DNA of 64,000 nt. It comes from Ylistrum balloti (lineage: Eukaryota). The stretch spans positions 310,001-374,000 of the forward strand of contig NW_026782582.1 of the NCBI RefSeq assembly GCF_031769215.1. The letters are read 5' to 3'. This document shows, in pieces, positions 63,661 to 64,000 of the stretch (its first letter is position 1; each line of letters opens with the position of its first letter). The translations under genes and the position numbers were made by a program. Below the pieces are notes generated by a model. The model was not told where the DNA came from. It ran no database searches and saw only the letters and a list, made by a program, of their open reading frames with translations.

Positions 63661-64000
63661 ACAAACAGGCCCAAGGGACCTGCATCGCTCACCTGGCTAA
63701 TCTAGCTTTTCAGCCTTTTTGTAAGAATTTCAAATATCACAAATAATTTCTGACATAATTCCTATTCCGGCCTTGTGACCAAACTGAAGTTAGATTCACT
63801 ATTCATAAAAAATCTTCAGACCAAACTTGGACAGTCCTTATACGGAAGAATATTTGTTATTAACTTACATTTGTCCAATTGCGTCCCACCCCTCGGGCAC
63901 CTGGGGGACTGCATGCTCTGTTTATACATAACAGATTCCCATTCACCCAAGAATACTTCAGACTCAATACTGGCAAAATCCAATTTTTCCTTCAAAAGGA
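63661..64000 (-). mobile_element. HINE-like element running off the window end
   Basis: Starts acaaacaggcccaagggacctgcatcgctcacctgg, the same terminal hairpin and gctcacctg sub-TIR as the other copies. It is followed by the same monomer type (tttatacata...cccattcacccaagaatacttcagac). Confidence 0.55.

Overview
AT-rich eukaryotic (metazoan) genomic DNA. The interspersed-repeat types suggest a bivalve, probably an oyster (inference). I reconstructed three spliced protein-coding genes by hand from GT-AG boundaries and reading phase. (1) An 11-exon PX-BAR sorting nexin of the SNX7/SNX30 group on the minus strand, 15677 to 4244, 488 aa. (2) Head-to-head with it, 174 bp between start codons, a 4-exon INIP/SOSS-C gene on the plus strand, 15852-20365. 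(3) A Reeler-DOMON-cytochrome b561 ferric-chelate reductase (FRRS1/SDR2-like) on the plus strand, 43049-57669. In this gene I could not find the exons for the second half of DOMON, and the flanking exons are out of phase. More than a quarter of the window (about 18 kb by hand tally) is about 25 unrelated minisatellite arrays, plus several Helentron/HINE-like non-autonomous elements and one 219-N gap. The most unusual signal is four minisatellites whose units are copies of a functional splice site, two donors and two acceptors, in two different genes. These arrays carry runs of decoy splice sites; in the two acceptor arrays most copies lack the AG. Almost all long ORFs in the supplied track are repeat translations. 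No CRISPR array or intact transposon ORF was found. Repeat coordinates and copy numbers are hand estimates.
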